Positions 14,475-26,320 of a stretch of 64,000 bases of DNA are shown one piece after another (position 1 is the first letter of the stretch; each line of letters starts with the position of its first letter). The position numbers and the translations under genes are program-made. This stretch comes from the human T2T-CHM13v2.0 reference genome, Homo sapiens. Where the stretch lies: NCBI RefSeq assembly GCF_009914755.1, contig NC_060927.1, one strand, 5' to 3'. Below the pieces are notes generated by a model, which saw nothing but the letters and a program-made list of their open reading frames with translations, was not told where the DNA came from and did no database searches.

Positions 14475-14595
14475 ACGGTTGAACCCCCTTATTTCATAAC
14501 TGAGAAAATCCAAGCCCAAAAACGGACATGAGTACTTTGTTCAAAAATCACTCATCTGTTTACTGATAGAGCTCTGTTTAAATTTCAGTGGATTT
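14475..14595 (-). mobile_element. MIR-family fragment
   Basis: CTTATTTCATAACTGAGAAAATCCAAGCCC reverse core. Confidence 0.5.
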
Positions 14596-16045
14596 CACTT
14601 ACCTCTTGGGGGTTCCACTTGAAATGATAACCATAGTTTAACCAAATGTCATATTGATATGAGCATCCTAAAACACAGAATGGAAATGCAGTTCTATAGC
14701 AACAAAATGTTGCTATCCCAGCAGAAAATAAAACTTTTCCCATGGTTTTCTTATTCTCTACCCCATTATTCCCAGGCAAAGAACAGGGGTGGGAGACAGG
14801 ACTCCTTGCATGGCTAAAGGCCATGGAAACTTGAGAGAATGGCTTCAGTGAACCAATACTCTAGGAATCTTGGACATGTGAAGAAATTCTACCCATTGAT
14901 CTCAATGAAATGGCAGCTGAGAGTGAGACTGGGTCTTCTCATTTAAGTTCCTCTTTCCTGGTATAGTGCATTGTGTTTTGTTGATTAGAAAATGATTCAT
15001 AATACAGTATTAGTATACCTAGTAGACACTGAACATGTTAAGTCAGAGAATTCAGAGGGTTTCTGGAGGACTCAGGAGAAACAGACAAGATGTGAGGAAG
15101 GAAATGCAGACTGTATACATTCCTAGAACCACAAAATAGTCCAATAAAGTAGAGGATACAGTTGTGACTGAACTGCCAGGACCCATTCCCATTGACATAG
15201 CTACAGGGCCTCTCCTCAGGTGAAAGAAGTTGTACAGACAAAAGGCCATACATCAATTAAACCATCGTTATGGATGGAGCAGCATACTAGCTCCACCATG
15301 AGTTTGAGTTTAAGAGTTTGGGAGAGTTCCTTGCAGTTGACAGTGGGAAGATCTACTTGAGTTATCAATGAAAGAACTTGTATTAATTCTGCATACACTG
15401 GAATTTCTTGAGGACTGAACATATTCTTCCTTGACTGCTGATATGACCCTGGTGAGTGTAAGAAACCAAGTGTGCATCCACCTAGCCTCTCCTTTCTGCT
15501 TTGGTGGTTACTGCAAGGTGAGAAGATACTCGGATGAGGAAACCGTAGAGCTCCTTCTCCTCTTGGGATGGCTTTTTTGGACTGACTTCATTAATTTATG
15601 TGAATTTTCTGGTTTCTTTTTGTCTCTTGAGCCATCTATGATGGAAAAATGTTTCAATATTGTTAGTGAATTAATGGTGAGACTATAAAGACCTATGCGT
15701 GTAGGATATTTCTCTTGAAAAATTCAACTTCTCTAGTCAGAAGTCCAACTCCACCGATTTGAACTCTTCTTCAGCCTAATGGGCAGCACAAGAGAAAGAG
15801 AGGGGCTCACTTCCAGATTCTGTTCACATAACTGTGAGACTATGGCAAGTTCAATCATTATCTCCAGGTTTCTGTGTTTTCGCCACATAGGAAGAAGGAT
15901 TTTAAAACTGCATGCTAATTAATGCTTTGAGAACTCTGGCTACAAAGCTGCTTCATGGTGTAATATTAATGCTGTTGGCACTGCTTTCTTTTACCTTCGC
16001 CAACACCAAGACTTTTTAGAGCACTAAACTCAGGAGACTTCTTTT

Positions 16046-16346
16046 TTCTTTCTTTTATTTATTTGTTGATTTTTAAAAACTTTTTATTTCCATAGGTTTT
16101 TGGGGAACAGGTGGTATTTGGTTACATGAGTAAGTTCTTTAGTGGTGATTTGTGAGATTTTGGTGCACCCATCTCCCGAACAGTATACACTGAACCCGAT
16201 TTGTAGTCTTTTATCCCTCACCCCCTTCTTACCCTTTCCTCCTAAGTCCCCAAAGTTCATTGTGTCATTCTTATGCCTTTGTATCCTCATAGCTTAGCTC
16301 CCACTTATGAGTGAGAATATATGATGTTTGCTTTTCCATTTATACG
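16046..16346 (-). mobile_element. L1PB1-like 3' end (about 300 bp, 5' truncated) with 15-bp TSD
   Basis: GGGGAACAGGTGGTATTTGGTTACATGAGTAAGTTCTTTAGTGGTGATTT is L1PB 3'UTR in reverse. TSD CAGGAGACTTCTTTT at 16031-16045 and 16347-16361. Confidence 0.9.
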
Positions 16347-16629
16347 CAGGAGACTTCTTTTGAGGAACAAGAAGGTTAAGCTGTAACTGCATTTTCTAGA
16401 CCCTATTGCTTAAGGAAATTTGTCCCAGGAAGATTCCTGAAGGGCAGTTTAATTAGCCCTAAGGTAGAACAGTGGCAGAAAAATTGGGGCCAAACTGGTA
16501 CTTTGCTCTATCTTAGGCCATCATGTTTATCTGACCAACTATAAACTCCATGAAAAAAATGGGGCTACCCAATGATAAAGTCATGTTTTTGTACATGTCA
16601 ACTTCATTTACCTTCCACATAGGTGAGCA

Positions 16630-17140
16630 AGGAGCAGTCTTTCTTTCTAAAATACTAGTCTGGTTCTGCTACTCTCTTGCTTAAAACTCTCTGGTAAACC
16701 TGTGTTGCCTAGAAAAAGGCCCAGTCTTCTTAGAATAAAGCCCAAAACTTTTCTCTTTCTTACTGTAATCTATTTTTCTAGCTACCTTTCACCCTCTGCA
16801 GTACATTTTCTCCAGCCATAACTGAACAATGTCTTTCTGACATTGCAACCTCTTTTCACACCTCATACTTGTTTCTTCAACTGGGATAGTTGATGATCTG
16901 TTACAATCTCACAAGTGTCTCCTTCCTTTAGAAATTTGTCCTGGCCAGGCTTTCTCAAAGTTAGAGTTATTTGCTCTCTTATTTGTGATTCTTCCAGCCC
17001 TTTATAAATGTCTTATTGTGCGTTTCTCTTACTACTAATGTTTGAGCTTTTCAGGAATCAAGATTAGTTGTGGCTGCATTCCCACAAGTGGCACAGTGCC
17101 TAGGACAGAGTGAGTGGTAAGTTATGATGAGGAAGTACCT
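16630..17140 (+). mobile_element. L2 3' fragment
   Basis: CTCTTGCTTAAAACTCTC...GGCACAGTGCCTAGGACAGAGT. Confidence 0.65.
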
Positions 17141-17464
17141 GGATGGCTATGGCCAGACCTTAGATAGCACTGCCAGTGAGGGTGTTCCACAGAACACCTT
17201 TGACTGAGTGGGAGAAATGCAGGTCAAATCTTTTTTTTTTTTTAATGTAGAAATACAGACAGAATCTCTTTTACTATAACAGCTATAATTTCAGTGTTAT
17301 TCTTATTCCATAGCATCAACTCCTTTACAGAAAAAAGACCGATGACACCCTTTGCCATTTAAAAATTCTCACCACATATTGAGCAACCCCAAAAGAATAC
17401 TCATTTGCATTGACTCAGAGGGTGCCAAGGACTGATACCGAAGATTTTTATGTTGAAAAGCAAC

Positions 17465-17690
17465 AGAGAGTAGTGGCTGAGATCATGGATTGAGTTGAAA
17501 TCTCAGTTTTGCCACCTACTAGTATGTGACCTAGGGGAAGTAGACTAATTTCTTTCTGTCCATAAGCCCTTTCTGCCCACATATTAAAAAACGAGGATTA
17601 TAATTGTACTTACCTCATAGGCACCATGAGACAAGGAATAAATCTGTTGATATTAAAAGCTGAAAACAATATCTGGCACAACATCCTAAA
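17465..17690 (+). mobile_element. MIR SINE
   Basis: GCCACCTACTAGTATGTGACCTAGG...GTACTTACCTCATAGG. Confidence 0.75.
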
Positions 17691-17734
17691 AAGCAGTGTA
17701 AAGTACTTATCAAAACACTATTTTGTGGAAGATA

Positions 17735-17942
17735 TATCTGACTCTGAGTTTTTATTTTTCCATTTACTAGCAGCGTAATCCTAAATTGTAAATGTCCATT
17801 GTCCTTAAACCTTAGTTTTCCTTCTCTGTAAGTTGAAGCTAATAATTATGCCACTTTTAACCTTCATCCATTAAGTGAGATACGTCACTCAAAGCATTTA
17901 GCATAGTAAGTGTTCAACAAATTCTACCTACTGCCATTATTT
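17735..17942 (+). mobile_element. MIR SINE
   Basis: CCATTTACTAGC...TTAGTTTTCCTTCTCTGTAA...CATAGTAAGTGTTCAACAAAT. Confidence 0.7.
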
Positions 17943-18251
17943 CACGAGATAGGCTGTCAACAAATATTTGGGGCTAAATCTTAATTGATGAAATCTCAAT
18001 TTCATCATCCTAATGATGAAACTTCTTTTGCTGTTAACTTTTTAATAATGTTTTTAATAGCAAGTGAGAAAAATTTCACTTTCTATCTCCTTTTCCTTAC
18101 TGGCATGAGTTAAGAGTTGAAAAAAAGAGGTCTCTTGTATCAACAAATTGCCTGTAAATCTAGTCACAGAATGTTATGTCTATGGAATTTTAGAACAGAA
18201 ACTTTATCTGTCATAAATTCTATCACAAATTTTAACTGCTTAATTTTAAAT

Positions 18252-18460
18252 CAGTGGTTCTCAGTTGAGGGTGACGGTGCCCTCAGCTTCTTCCTTACAG
18301 AACAATGGAAACTATCACAACCGGTGGTAGGTGCTACTGGCTTCTAGTGAGTAGAGGCCAAGGATGCTACTAAATATTCTACAGACCATAGGATAGTCCC
18401 CTACAGCAAGAAATAATCCATCCCAGAAAGCCAATAGTGATGAGGTTTAAAAAAAACTCT
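18252..18460 (+). mobile_element. MER20 hAT MITE
   Basis: CAGTGGTTCTCA...GTGCTACTGGCTTCTAGTGAGTAGAGGCCAAGGATGCTACTAAA. Degenerate TSD TTTTAAAT/TTTTAGAC. Followed by a minus-strand MIR remnant (about 18470-18520). Confidence 0.9.
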
Positions 18461-20438
18461 ATTTTAGACTTAAGGAAACTGAAGCTTAGAGAGGCTTAAA
18501 TGACTTGTCTATGGTTGTAGGATTTGATAACATTAATTTCTTGCTGCATTTGATCTATCATGACATCCTAAACAATCCCAGCAGAGAGAAGACAGCCTAG
18601 TATTCAGACTCCTTTCTCGGCATTCCAAATCCCTCTACTCTCAGTGTATAGAATCTCTATTTTCTCCACATATCAGCTTTCACCCCGTTGTCCCCAGCTC
18701 ACCAAAACACACATATGTGCACACAATTCCATCATGGAAAAGTAATGCAGAGAGAGTTCACCAAAGAAGCAAAGGCAAATTATTTTTCCTGGGCATATCT
18801 GTTTCAAACCAACCAATTCTATTACACAGTTAGCCCAAACAGAAGCCTGGGTGAAAAGGCAGACCAATGTACAGGTCTTTGTTGCCGTAGGACTAGAACC
18901 GGGCCAAGGTTCCCATGGGTAATAATCATGGCTTTGTGCTCAGTGAAGTCCACAGGTAACTGCAGAAATACTGTGACTACAGAATAAAGAATAAGAATAG
19001 AAAAAGGGGCATGACTTGATGAGCAAACCACACAGATTCACAGGAAGTAGACTTCAGCAGTTCTAGTATCTGTGGTTTTCTTGAATTCTTTTCAGATCTT
19101 ATTCTGGGAAAAGAAAGTTATCAGGTCAGTAGTGTTAATGTGCTTTGTTTTGTTTTGTTTTTGCTCTGTTCTACATGGGCAAAACACGAGGAGATAAACA
19201 TTTTCATGGTAGACTGGGAATAAAGAAGAAAAAGTGATCCTGAGAAGAAACCCCTGATGCACTTCAGGGAGGGGAACAGATACACAATGAAGTGAAGAAG
19301 ATGCATATAGTTTTTCAACACTAAGAAAATGACTGAAAATAGTTTGTTCTCTTCTAATATCATTAATGAAACCACATAGTGATGTCACTTCTGATCACGC
19401 TGAAATTTGAGTTGCTGATCTTGCGATAACAAGCTTCCTCTTTGCGCGTTCACAGCGTGTCTACAGTGGAAAAGACCTTCAGGTTAAACGTGAGTGGGTG
19501 GAACTTGTCAAGAAAAATAACTTCACCACCACAACAACAAATGACGGGAGAGACAGAAACTTCTCTGGGAGAGCAGAAGGAAAAAAGCGAAGTCTAAGTA
19601 TTATTAAACATGTGAAAGAAGAGTCATTTAATAGGAAGTAACTCATTCACACAAATGTAACTTTGTGGTCCCTCAGAAGTACGTAAATACTACCAATCAG
19701 TCCACCACAGATTATCATCAAAATTTCTTGGGAAATGCCTCATTAAAGAGTCTTTATAGAATAATATGAGTGTGCATCAGTCAAATAATTTCAAGAAGAC
19801 GTTAAACACTAGCTCTTAGAGATGTAAATTTCCTTTCCTTCCTTGGGTACTACATTTTGCCGTTGTGAGTTTTAAATTGAGGCTAAATGTGAACCCTTTG
19901 AACCATGCTTATCTTCATAGGAGAAAGCCGTTTCTTGTTTTTAAGAGGAAGGCCTTAAATGGACTGAAGAATAGTGGTTTTGGCATTAAATTGCTCTTCT
20001 CAGATGTATTTATTACATGATGAAATTACATGATTATTATTACTTGCTGAAATAATTCCATAGCATAGGACTTGATGAATAATTGGTGAAAAATCTTTTA
20101 GAATTTATAGTTCTCAGACTTTGAAAAATATTTTTAAAAAATTGATATCCCCAAGCCCACCCACCTCATTACATAATCATGTCTATCACTTTTTAACCCT
20201 GATGCTGTAAACCCTGTATCCCCTCCATTAACAGAGTGTTGGTGTGCTTTGTTTTGTTTTGTTTTGTTATGTAACAGTTTCAATGAAGCATTTAATCGGA
20301 AAGCATAATCAAAATATGTCGTATGTGACATATTTTGAGTTGCGAATTGGTTTATTCTCTACTCTTTACTGAAGTTTGTCTCTATTGACTGGTGGCCTGT
20401 TGAAGATCATAAATGTCTTTGTTTTGATTTTAGGGCAC

Positions 20439-20610
20439 TGTGTTTCTTAAAGTTGGAGTTCCTGGACCACCTGCCTCATAGGTCTCCAGATGTGCTCATT
20501 AAGAAATGCATATTTCTGTGCCTAATCCCAAGCTTACTAAATCAGAAACTCTTGGCAAGGGGGAGACTGAAATCTACATTTTCGCCTGTTTCTTGACTGA
20601 CTCTTGTCTG
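20439..20610. mobile_element. MER5B-like hAT MITE
   Basis: TGTTTCTTAAAGTTGG...GGACCACCTGC...TACTAAATCAGAAACTCT. Confidence 0.7.
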
Positions 20611-22789
20611 TGTGGGGGTGAATGTTAAAAATTTAAAGGAAAGAGAGACCTATATGCAACTTACAAATAGAGACGGAGAGAAATGACAGTAAGGTAGCAT
20701 AAGGAGACACTTTGGAAAATAGATTTTTTGAGGAGGAAAAAAATTATATTGCAAAATTATTTTTAGGTACACAAGTTATTTCTATATTTTGTCCTTTATC
20801 CATGCTCTTTATTTAGCTAATGTATCCCTCTTTTCTCAGATTTTATTTTTTTCATTTAGTCTAACACCTCTGTTAAAAGAAAAGAAGGGAAACAAAGAGG
20901 GAAAATAGGTGAAACTAAGGAGTGTAATATGCTCTTAAAAGCAATTTAACATTGTTTAAATGTATCTATCTTGACCTTTTCAATGCCATCTGACATTGTT
21001 TAATTTGTTATTTGTATATTATCATATGTTGGGAAGTGAAAAATAACTGGAATTATTTTTCAGACCTCAATGTTATTTACTATATTAAATTTATTTGTTT
21101 ATTTTAAAGAAGACCACATAAAAGTATAGAACACTTTTTAAATGTATGCAAAGAAACATCTATTGTTAAAGTGTACCTTATGCTTGACACTCTTCGATGA
21201 TTTTAGTACACTTACTATTTTCCATGCCATAATAAGAAACTGTAGCACTTTTTGTAGCCTTTCAATGAATTGAATCCTCTGAAAATTGCTTCTAATAAAA
21301 TAAAAAAAACCTTTCATATCACCAAATTCCAGTCACAATAGCAATCTTGAATCTGTTTGCCACTTAATTTCCAGCATGAGAAAGAAATAATGTTTTGGGG
21401 ACCATTATGTAGACTATGCCTCTGACTTCTGGGCCCACATTTAATTTCCAGCCTGTGAGGATTAAAACCTGAAATTATGTTGTTATTTTAGTTTAGAATT
21501 CTTTGTATTTTCATAATCATCATTAGCAAGATTCAGAGTTATTGTTATAATCAGCTGTAATGATAGCTGTAATTATTAACAATGCAGGGCAGACAATAAG
21601 ATTTGGACTGAATCTGAGGCTCAGTGTGTATATCACTGTGGTCATTGTGCCAAACTGCACCTGAAAATGGAATGGACAGCTGGTCTAGCATGGTTACACT
21701 TGCTCAACATCTTGGAAAGACATCAGTAGAGCAGACAGTTTTGGGCCTGGTCCTTCAGTGACTTCAGAAGAGAGACCTTCTTGACCATGAACGTGTGTTT
21801 TCACCAGAAGGTGAAAAATCAAGATAGATTCGGGACATTCCTTGAAATGTTGGTGATAATAGGTGAAAACTCAGGTAGGGATTAAACAAAATTATAAGGG
21901 GGAAAAACACAGTCTACAAAGAATGATGAAAATCTCTTATAGATTATTTTCAGTGGAAGTTGTCTACTGTTATTCTAGTCCTCATTGGCCATCTTTGCAG
22001 ATGCAAACTTTCCTCTACCCCTCTGCGTGCTGTCTCTTCCAGCCTGAATCTCAAAACTCATTAAGAACAGTTTTACCATAATTTCCAAGTGACCTAAACA
22101 TATATTAGTTCCCCAGAGGCATGGCACAGTGTTGGGAGGAGATGACAGGGGCAGGCTGCAGAGGACGTTGTGAGAAGGGAAGCCCAAGCTAAGCTGCTTT
22201 TACTTTCACCAAGCTGCATTTTGGGACAGGTTTAGTCAGGGCAAGGCTAAAGCAAAATTAACCTCTAGTCTCTCATCTGGAGGCCTGCTAGCCTTTCTCT
22301 AAGCACAAGAACTTCAAAATTCATTTGGGGTTTGTCCTTTGCCTTTAATAAAATTTAGAACAGCATTTCTGTCTTCGTAATGATATTTAGCCCAAATAAC
22401 AATAATTCTAAAATTGGCCTTCTTACCTGAAAAATTTAGAAATGTCAACTATCCTTTTAGATATTGAATGAATACACACATACTCTCTTTCCCTCTCTCA
22501 TAAACGCACACACAGACACACACTCACACTCACACAGCCATAATAATTATTTTACTTTCTCTCAAGTGAAACTACATTTATTCCACTCCATTTTGAGGGG
22601 AAGAGGCAGCAAGTGATTGGGGCTAAAGAGTCTGGTTAGCAGAAAATGATAGAGAGTTGGGGCTGTGGGAAGAGCAAGGAAAAAAACCACACCTTGCAAC
22701 AAACACTCAATGCTGGGTTGATGGACTAGAAGCTTTTTCCCCCCTTTAGAAACAAAAGTAAGAGCCAAGTAACTAATGACTAGTGATAT

Positions 22790-23005
22790 GAATTACCAGT
22801 ATCAGGACACTAAGTTCTGGCCCCACTCCACTGTGACCTTTGATATGGCTTTAGGCAGATCACTTTGCCAATCTGTGCTTTCAGTTTTCTCATCTGTGAA
22901 ATGCGTTTAATCATATTGACTTGTTTCCCAGGGAAGTAATGTGATATATTAATATTTGTGGAGCACTTTGAGATCTGATGATAAAAGGTGCATTACACTA
23001 AGTAG
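22790..23005 (+). mobile_element. Ancient MIR-family SINE (MIR1_Amn-like tail)
   Basis: Core TCAGTTTTCTCATCTGTGAAATG followed by TTTGTGGAGCACTTTGAGATC...AAAGGTGC. Confidence 0.55.
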
Positions 23006-23911
23006 TGTTTGCTTCTCTCCTTGTCTCCTTACCCCCAACAGATAATCTATACTCCTATCATATGCATATTTTTGCAAAGTTCATGTAAATGACTCCGGGC
23101 TGTTTTATTTTTAAAAAATTAATGCTGTGATGTTTCTCCAGAATCTGACAAAACCATAAAAAATAAAAAGAGTAGCAGTGGCATACTATGAAGGTTAAAG
23201 TCTTGTAAAAATCCGTAAGAAAACAGATTTCTGTTCTAAGCTTGTGTGGGGTTATTATAAGCAACAGTCAGTAATAATGATTACAAAAATGAGGAAAAAT
23301 ACATTGACAGTGTCATTTGAAAACAATTGTGTTAAGAGGCTTTTTACACTCATTTTACACAGTGTAGGTATCCAAAATGGGTTTTAGAGGATATTAAAAG
23401 GATTGTTTTTCAAGGTATTAAGTGTGCGAAGAACAAGAATGAAAAAGAGAGAGTTGGCTGATGGAACTCAGCTCAGAGAAATGACCTAGCCACACAGTGT
23501 GGAGGGAAGGTGTAACAATTACTTCCTCTCTGGGCTTTTAGCAGTTCAAATATCTTTAAACAAGAAGAGATTGCCTTTTACATGTAATTCAACCTAAAAT
23601 ATTTTCTTCGTTTTTCCCCTCTTGCAGTTTCTCTAGACATTTGCAAACTCTTGATATTGGAAGTGAACTACATTTCATTGTTATTGATTTGATTGGCAAA
23701 AAGTGTGAGCAACATAGTTCCTCTTTTCCAATCCCTAATATCTTTCTGCTTCTCTCTCATCCCACTTCAAAAAAGTTCCTCATCTTCCCTTCCGTATCTT
23801 AGTTAATGTAACCATCCTTCTTCCGTTCAGCCAGACTGGAAACCACAGCCTTCTCTGACCTCATCATGATGCTATATGTCATACCTAATGTCCCAACAGT
23901 GTCCTTAAATG

Positions 23912-24078
23912 ACCACTTCTCGGAATTTAATGCAGCACACGTGAATGACCTAAAGATCTTATACGAATGCAGATTTTGATTCTGGAGGTCTTGGATGGGC
24001 CCGACAGTCTGCATTTCTAATAAGCTCCCAGGTTGTGGCCATGTTGCTGGTGCATGAACCATAATATGACTGGCTAGG
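23912..24078 (-). mobile_element. MER5A1 hAT MITE
   Basis: AATGCAGATTTTGATTC...TCTGCATTTCTAATAAGCTCCCAGG. Confidence 0.8.
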
Positions 24079-24143
24079 CATTAACCTTCGTTTTCAGGCA
24101 AGACTTTGGCTGTCTACTGATACAATTCTCTCTTCTTTTTTAG

Positions 24144-24260
24144 AAAAATATCCAACCCGAGCAGGATAAAACTGATCATCCTGAGGATATTGCCCTTGGA
24201 GTTAATTTTTTGAGAGAAATAAAACAATAAACATCATAAGACACAAACCCCAAGCAACTG
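24144..24260 (+). other. Candidate 117-nt non-coding internal exon
   Basis: Branch-like TACTGAT, tract TTCTCTCTTCTTTTTTAG|, donor CTG|GTGAGT; stop codons in all three frames. Confidence 0.35.
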
Positions 24261-24359
24261 GTGAGTAAATGGAGCTTCTCTATCACTCATATTCTCTTCT
24301 CGGACAGCTGTTTGCATTCCACTCCCTTACACATTGTTGTATGTTCTGTTTTGTCATAA

Positions 24360-24520
24360 TGTATTCCTTTAACCATTTTTCTGAGAGTACACTATGTGTG
24401 AAACACTCAACTACACTCAAGGAATAAAAAAAAAATTAAATGGTATGATGTCCCACCACCAACAAGCTTATAATCTTACAAAGAAAAGAGCCAAGTAAGC
24501 AAAGAAATACAGTGAAGTGT
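24360..24520 (-). mobile_element. L2 3' end fragment
   Basis: Degenerate reverse L2 tail (CACTATGTG...AAGCTTATAATCT). Confidence 0.5.
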
Positions 24521-25619
24521 AATATTTCCCTATGCCTAGAATATTCTTACTGTTCTGAACTCCTTTCCCATCCCCAAATCCTCACTGCCACACACACACT
24601 TTGTACCATAGCAACATTAAACCATGTTATGTAATACTCTAATACAAGTCATAATTTTAATCCCAAGAAATGTTGCATTATCAATAATCCAATTTCTATG
24701 CATTATCAAAAATTGTGATATAATAATTGTTCTAATGAAAGGTATTATGGTTTTGAGGCTGGATGGTTTTCAGGTTTATAAGGACTGAGAATTCCAGCAA
24801 CAAATATGACCCTAAATATATATAACAAAACTTAAAAATTGCTGAGAAAATGTAGTTAGTACAACACTATAGTAACAGCCCTGGTCATAAAGAAAATTCA
24901 AATGTAGCACCACTGGTGATTGGCTTCCATTCTCATTCCATTGCCTGTTCTCAAATGGAGAACAGTGGGGCATGGATGGAGGTGGAGGGTGATTCTTGGG
25001 TGGGAGGCAAAGAGCAGCCAGGAAGATCCATCTTGGGAAGTACAGAGGCAGAATGTAGGCTCCGGGGAGTTCTCACTCCTCTTAGCCCATTTTTTCCAGA
25101 GTGGGATGGTGAAATTGGCATTTGCTACTCAGAAGATTCCTGGAATCTGTTGCTCTTCTGAATGTTTCAGGTAACCCTGGGATATAAAAACATATCCATT
25201 GATATTTAACCTACCACAGATTGGCACTAAATGTAACAACAGTAGGACTAGGACAACTTGGGATCATGTGAACAGACCAGAAACTACAGACTGCAACAGA
25301 AATGTGCAGATTGCCCAGGTGGTTTCTACAGCCTTGCAGCGATGAAACCCCATGTCTTATATACTTGGTGTTTCCTCTGTTTGATTCTAATGAGCTTCTA
25401 ATCTCTACTGATGGTGTTTCTCTTTCTACCTCATCAGCCCAGGGCTCATTCATTTTATCCTGTTTCACCTATGCTATAGATAATAGAAAACCCAAGGCCA
25501 CTCAAACATAAGTAGCTTGATCAATGCTAATTCCTGATCAAGTCAACCCAATATCCAGCATCAATTAGATAATGTAAATTGTATTTCCTCACTAATTTAT
25601 TATAAATTATAATAAAATG

Positions 25620-25845
25620 TAAAGCATAGTGTTTATAATATACCAGACATTATCCTAGCTCTTTTGCATGAATTGACTTTTTTTGTCCTCATAGCAGCCT
25701 CATGAGCTGTTTACTACTTTCATTTCCATATTATAAATGAGGAACTTGATGCACAGTGAGGTTAGGCAACTTGCCCAAGGTCACACAGTCGGTAAGTGTT
25801 AAAGCTAGGATTCAAACCTAGACAGTTCAGAGTTCAAACTCTTTA
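25620..25845 (-). mobile_element. MIR SINE
   Basis: ATGAGGAACTTGATGCACAGTGAGGTTAGGCAACTTGCCCAAGGTCACACAG. Confidence 0.88.
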
Positions 25846-26104
25846 TTGTATCTGAGTCATGAAGACTCCCACAGGGAACAGAAGGTTATATTTGGATATT
25901 AGATATTTTATGGAGCTACTGAAGGCTTTTCAGAAAGGGATATGATCAGATCGAACGTCTGAAAAAGATCATAATCATGGCTGGAGATATTTCCAGATTT
26001 CCTGTGCAATTATTTCTCCCTCAGCCTACCCTGATAACTCTTTGTGGTTAAAAGCTTGGGCCCTTGAGTCAGAAAAGTCTTGGAAAAAAATCCCTGTTAA
26101 TTAT

Positions 26105-26320
26105 AATAACAAATGCTTTGAGCATTACTGAGGCTCTGTGGTAACTTACATGGATCATGGTTTTTAACCTTCATAATAATCCCTGAGGGAGATACTATTA
26201 CTCTCTCCCTTTTCAGACGAAAAAACTGAGTTCTCAGATTGGTTGTAAAAATATGTCCAGGATTATATCACTAGGTATGGAGCAGAAGTTAAAAAACCGT
26301 TTTGTCTAAATTGCAGAATA
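26105..26320 (-). mobile_element. MIR SINE (adjacent to a plus-strand MIR head at about 26040-26095)
   Basis: TTTAACCTTCATAATAATCCCTGAGG...TTTTCAGACGAAAAAACTGAG. Confidence 0.75.

Noticed and set aside
15038-15422. Overlapping minus-strand ORFs as a possible processed pseudogene
   Set aside because: No recognisable protein similarity, poly(A) tail or TSD.
23600-23630. Very strong plus-strand acceptors here and at about 56675-56699
   Set aside because: No matching strong donor at exon-like distance; isolated splice-like sites are abundant in intronic DNA.
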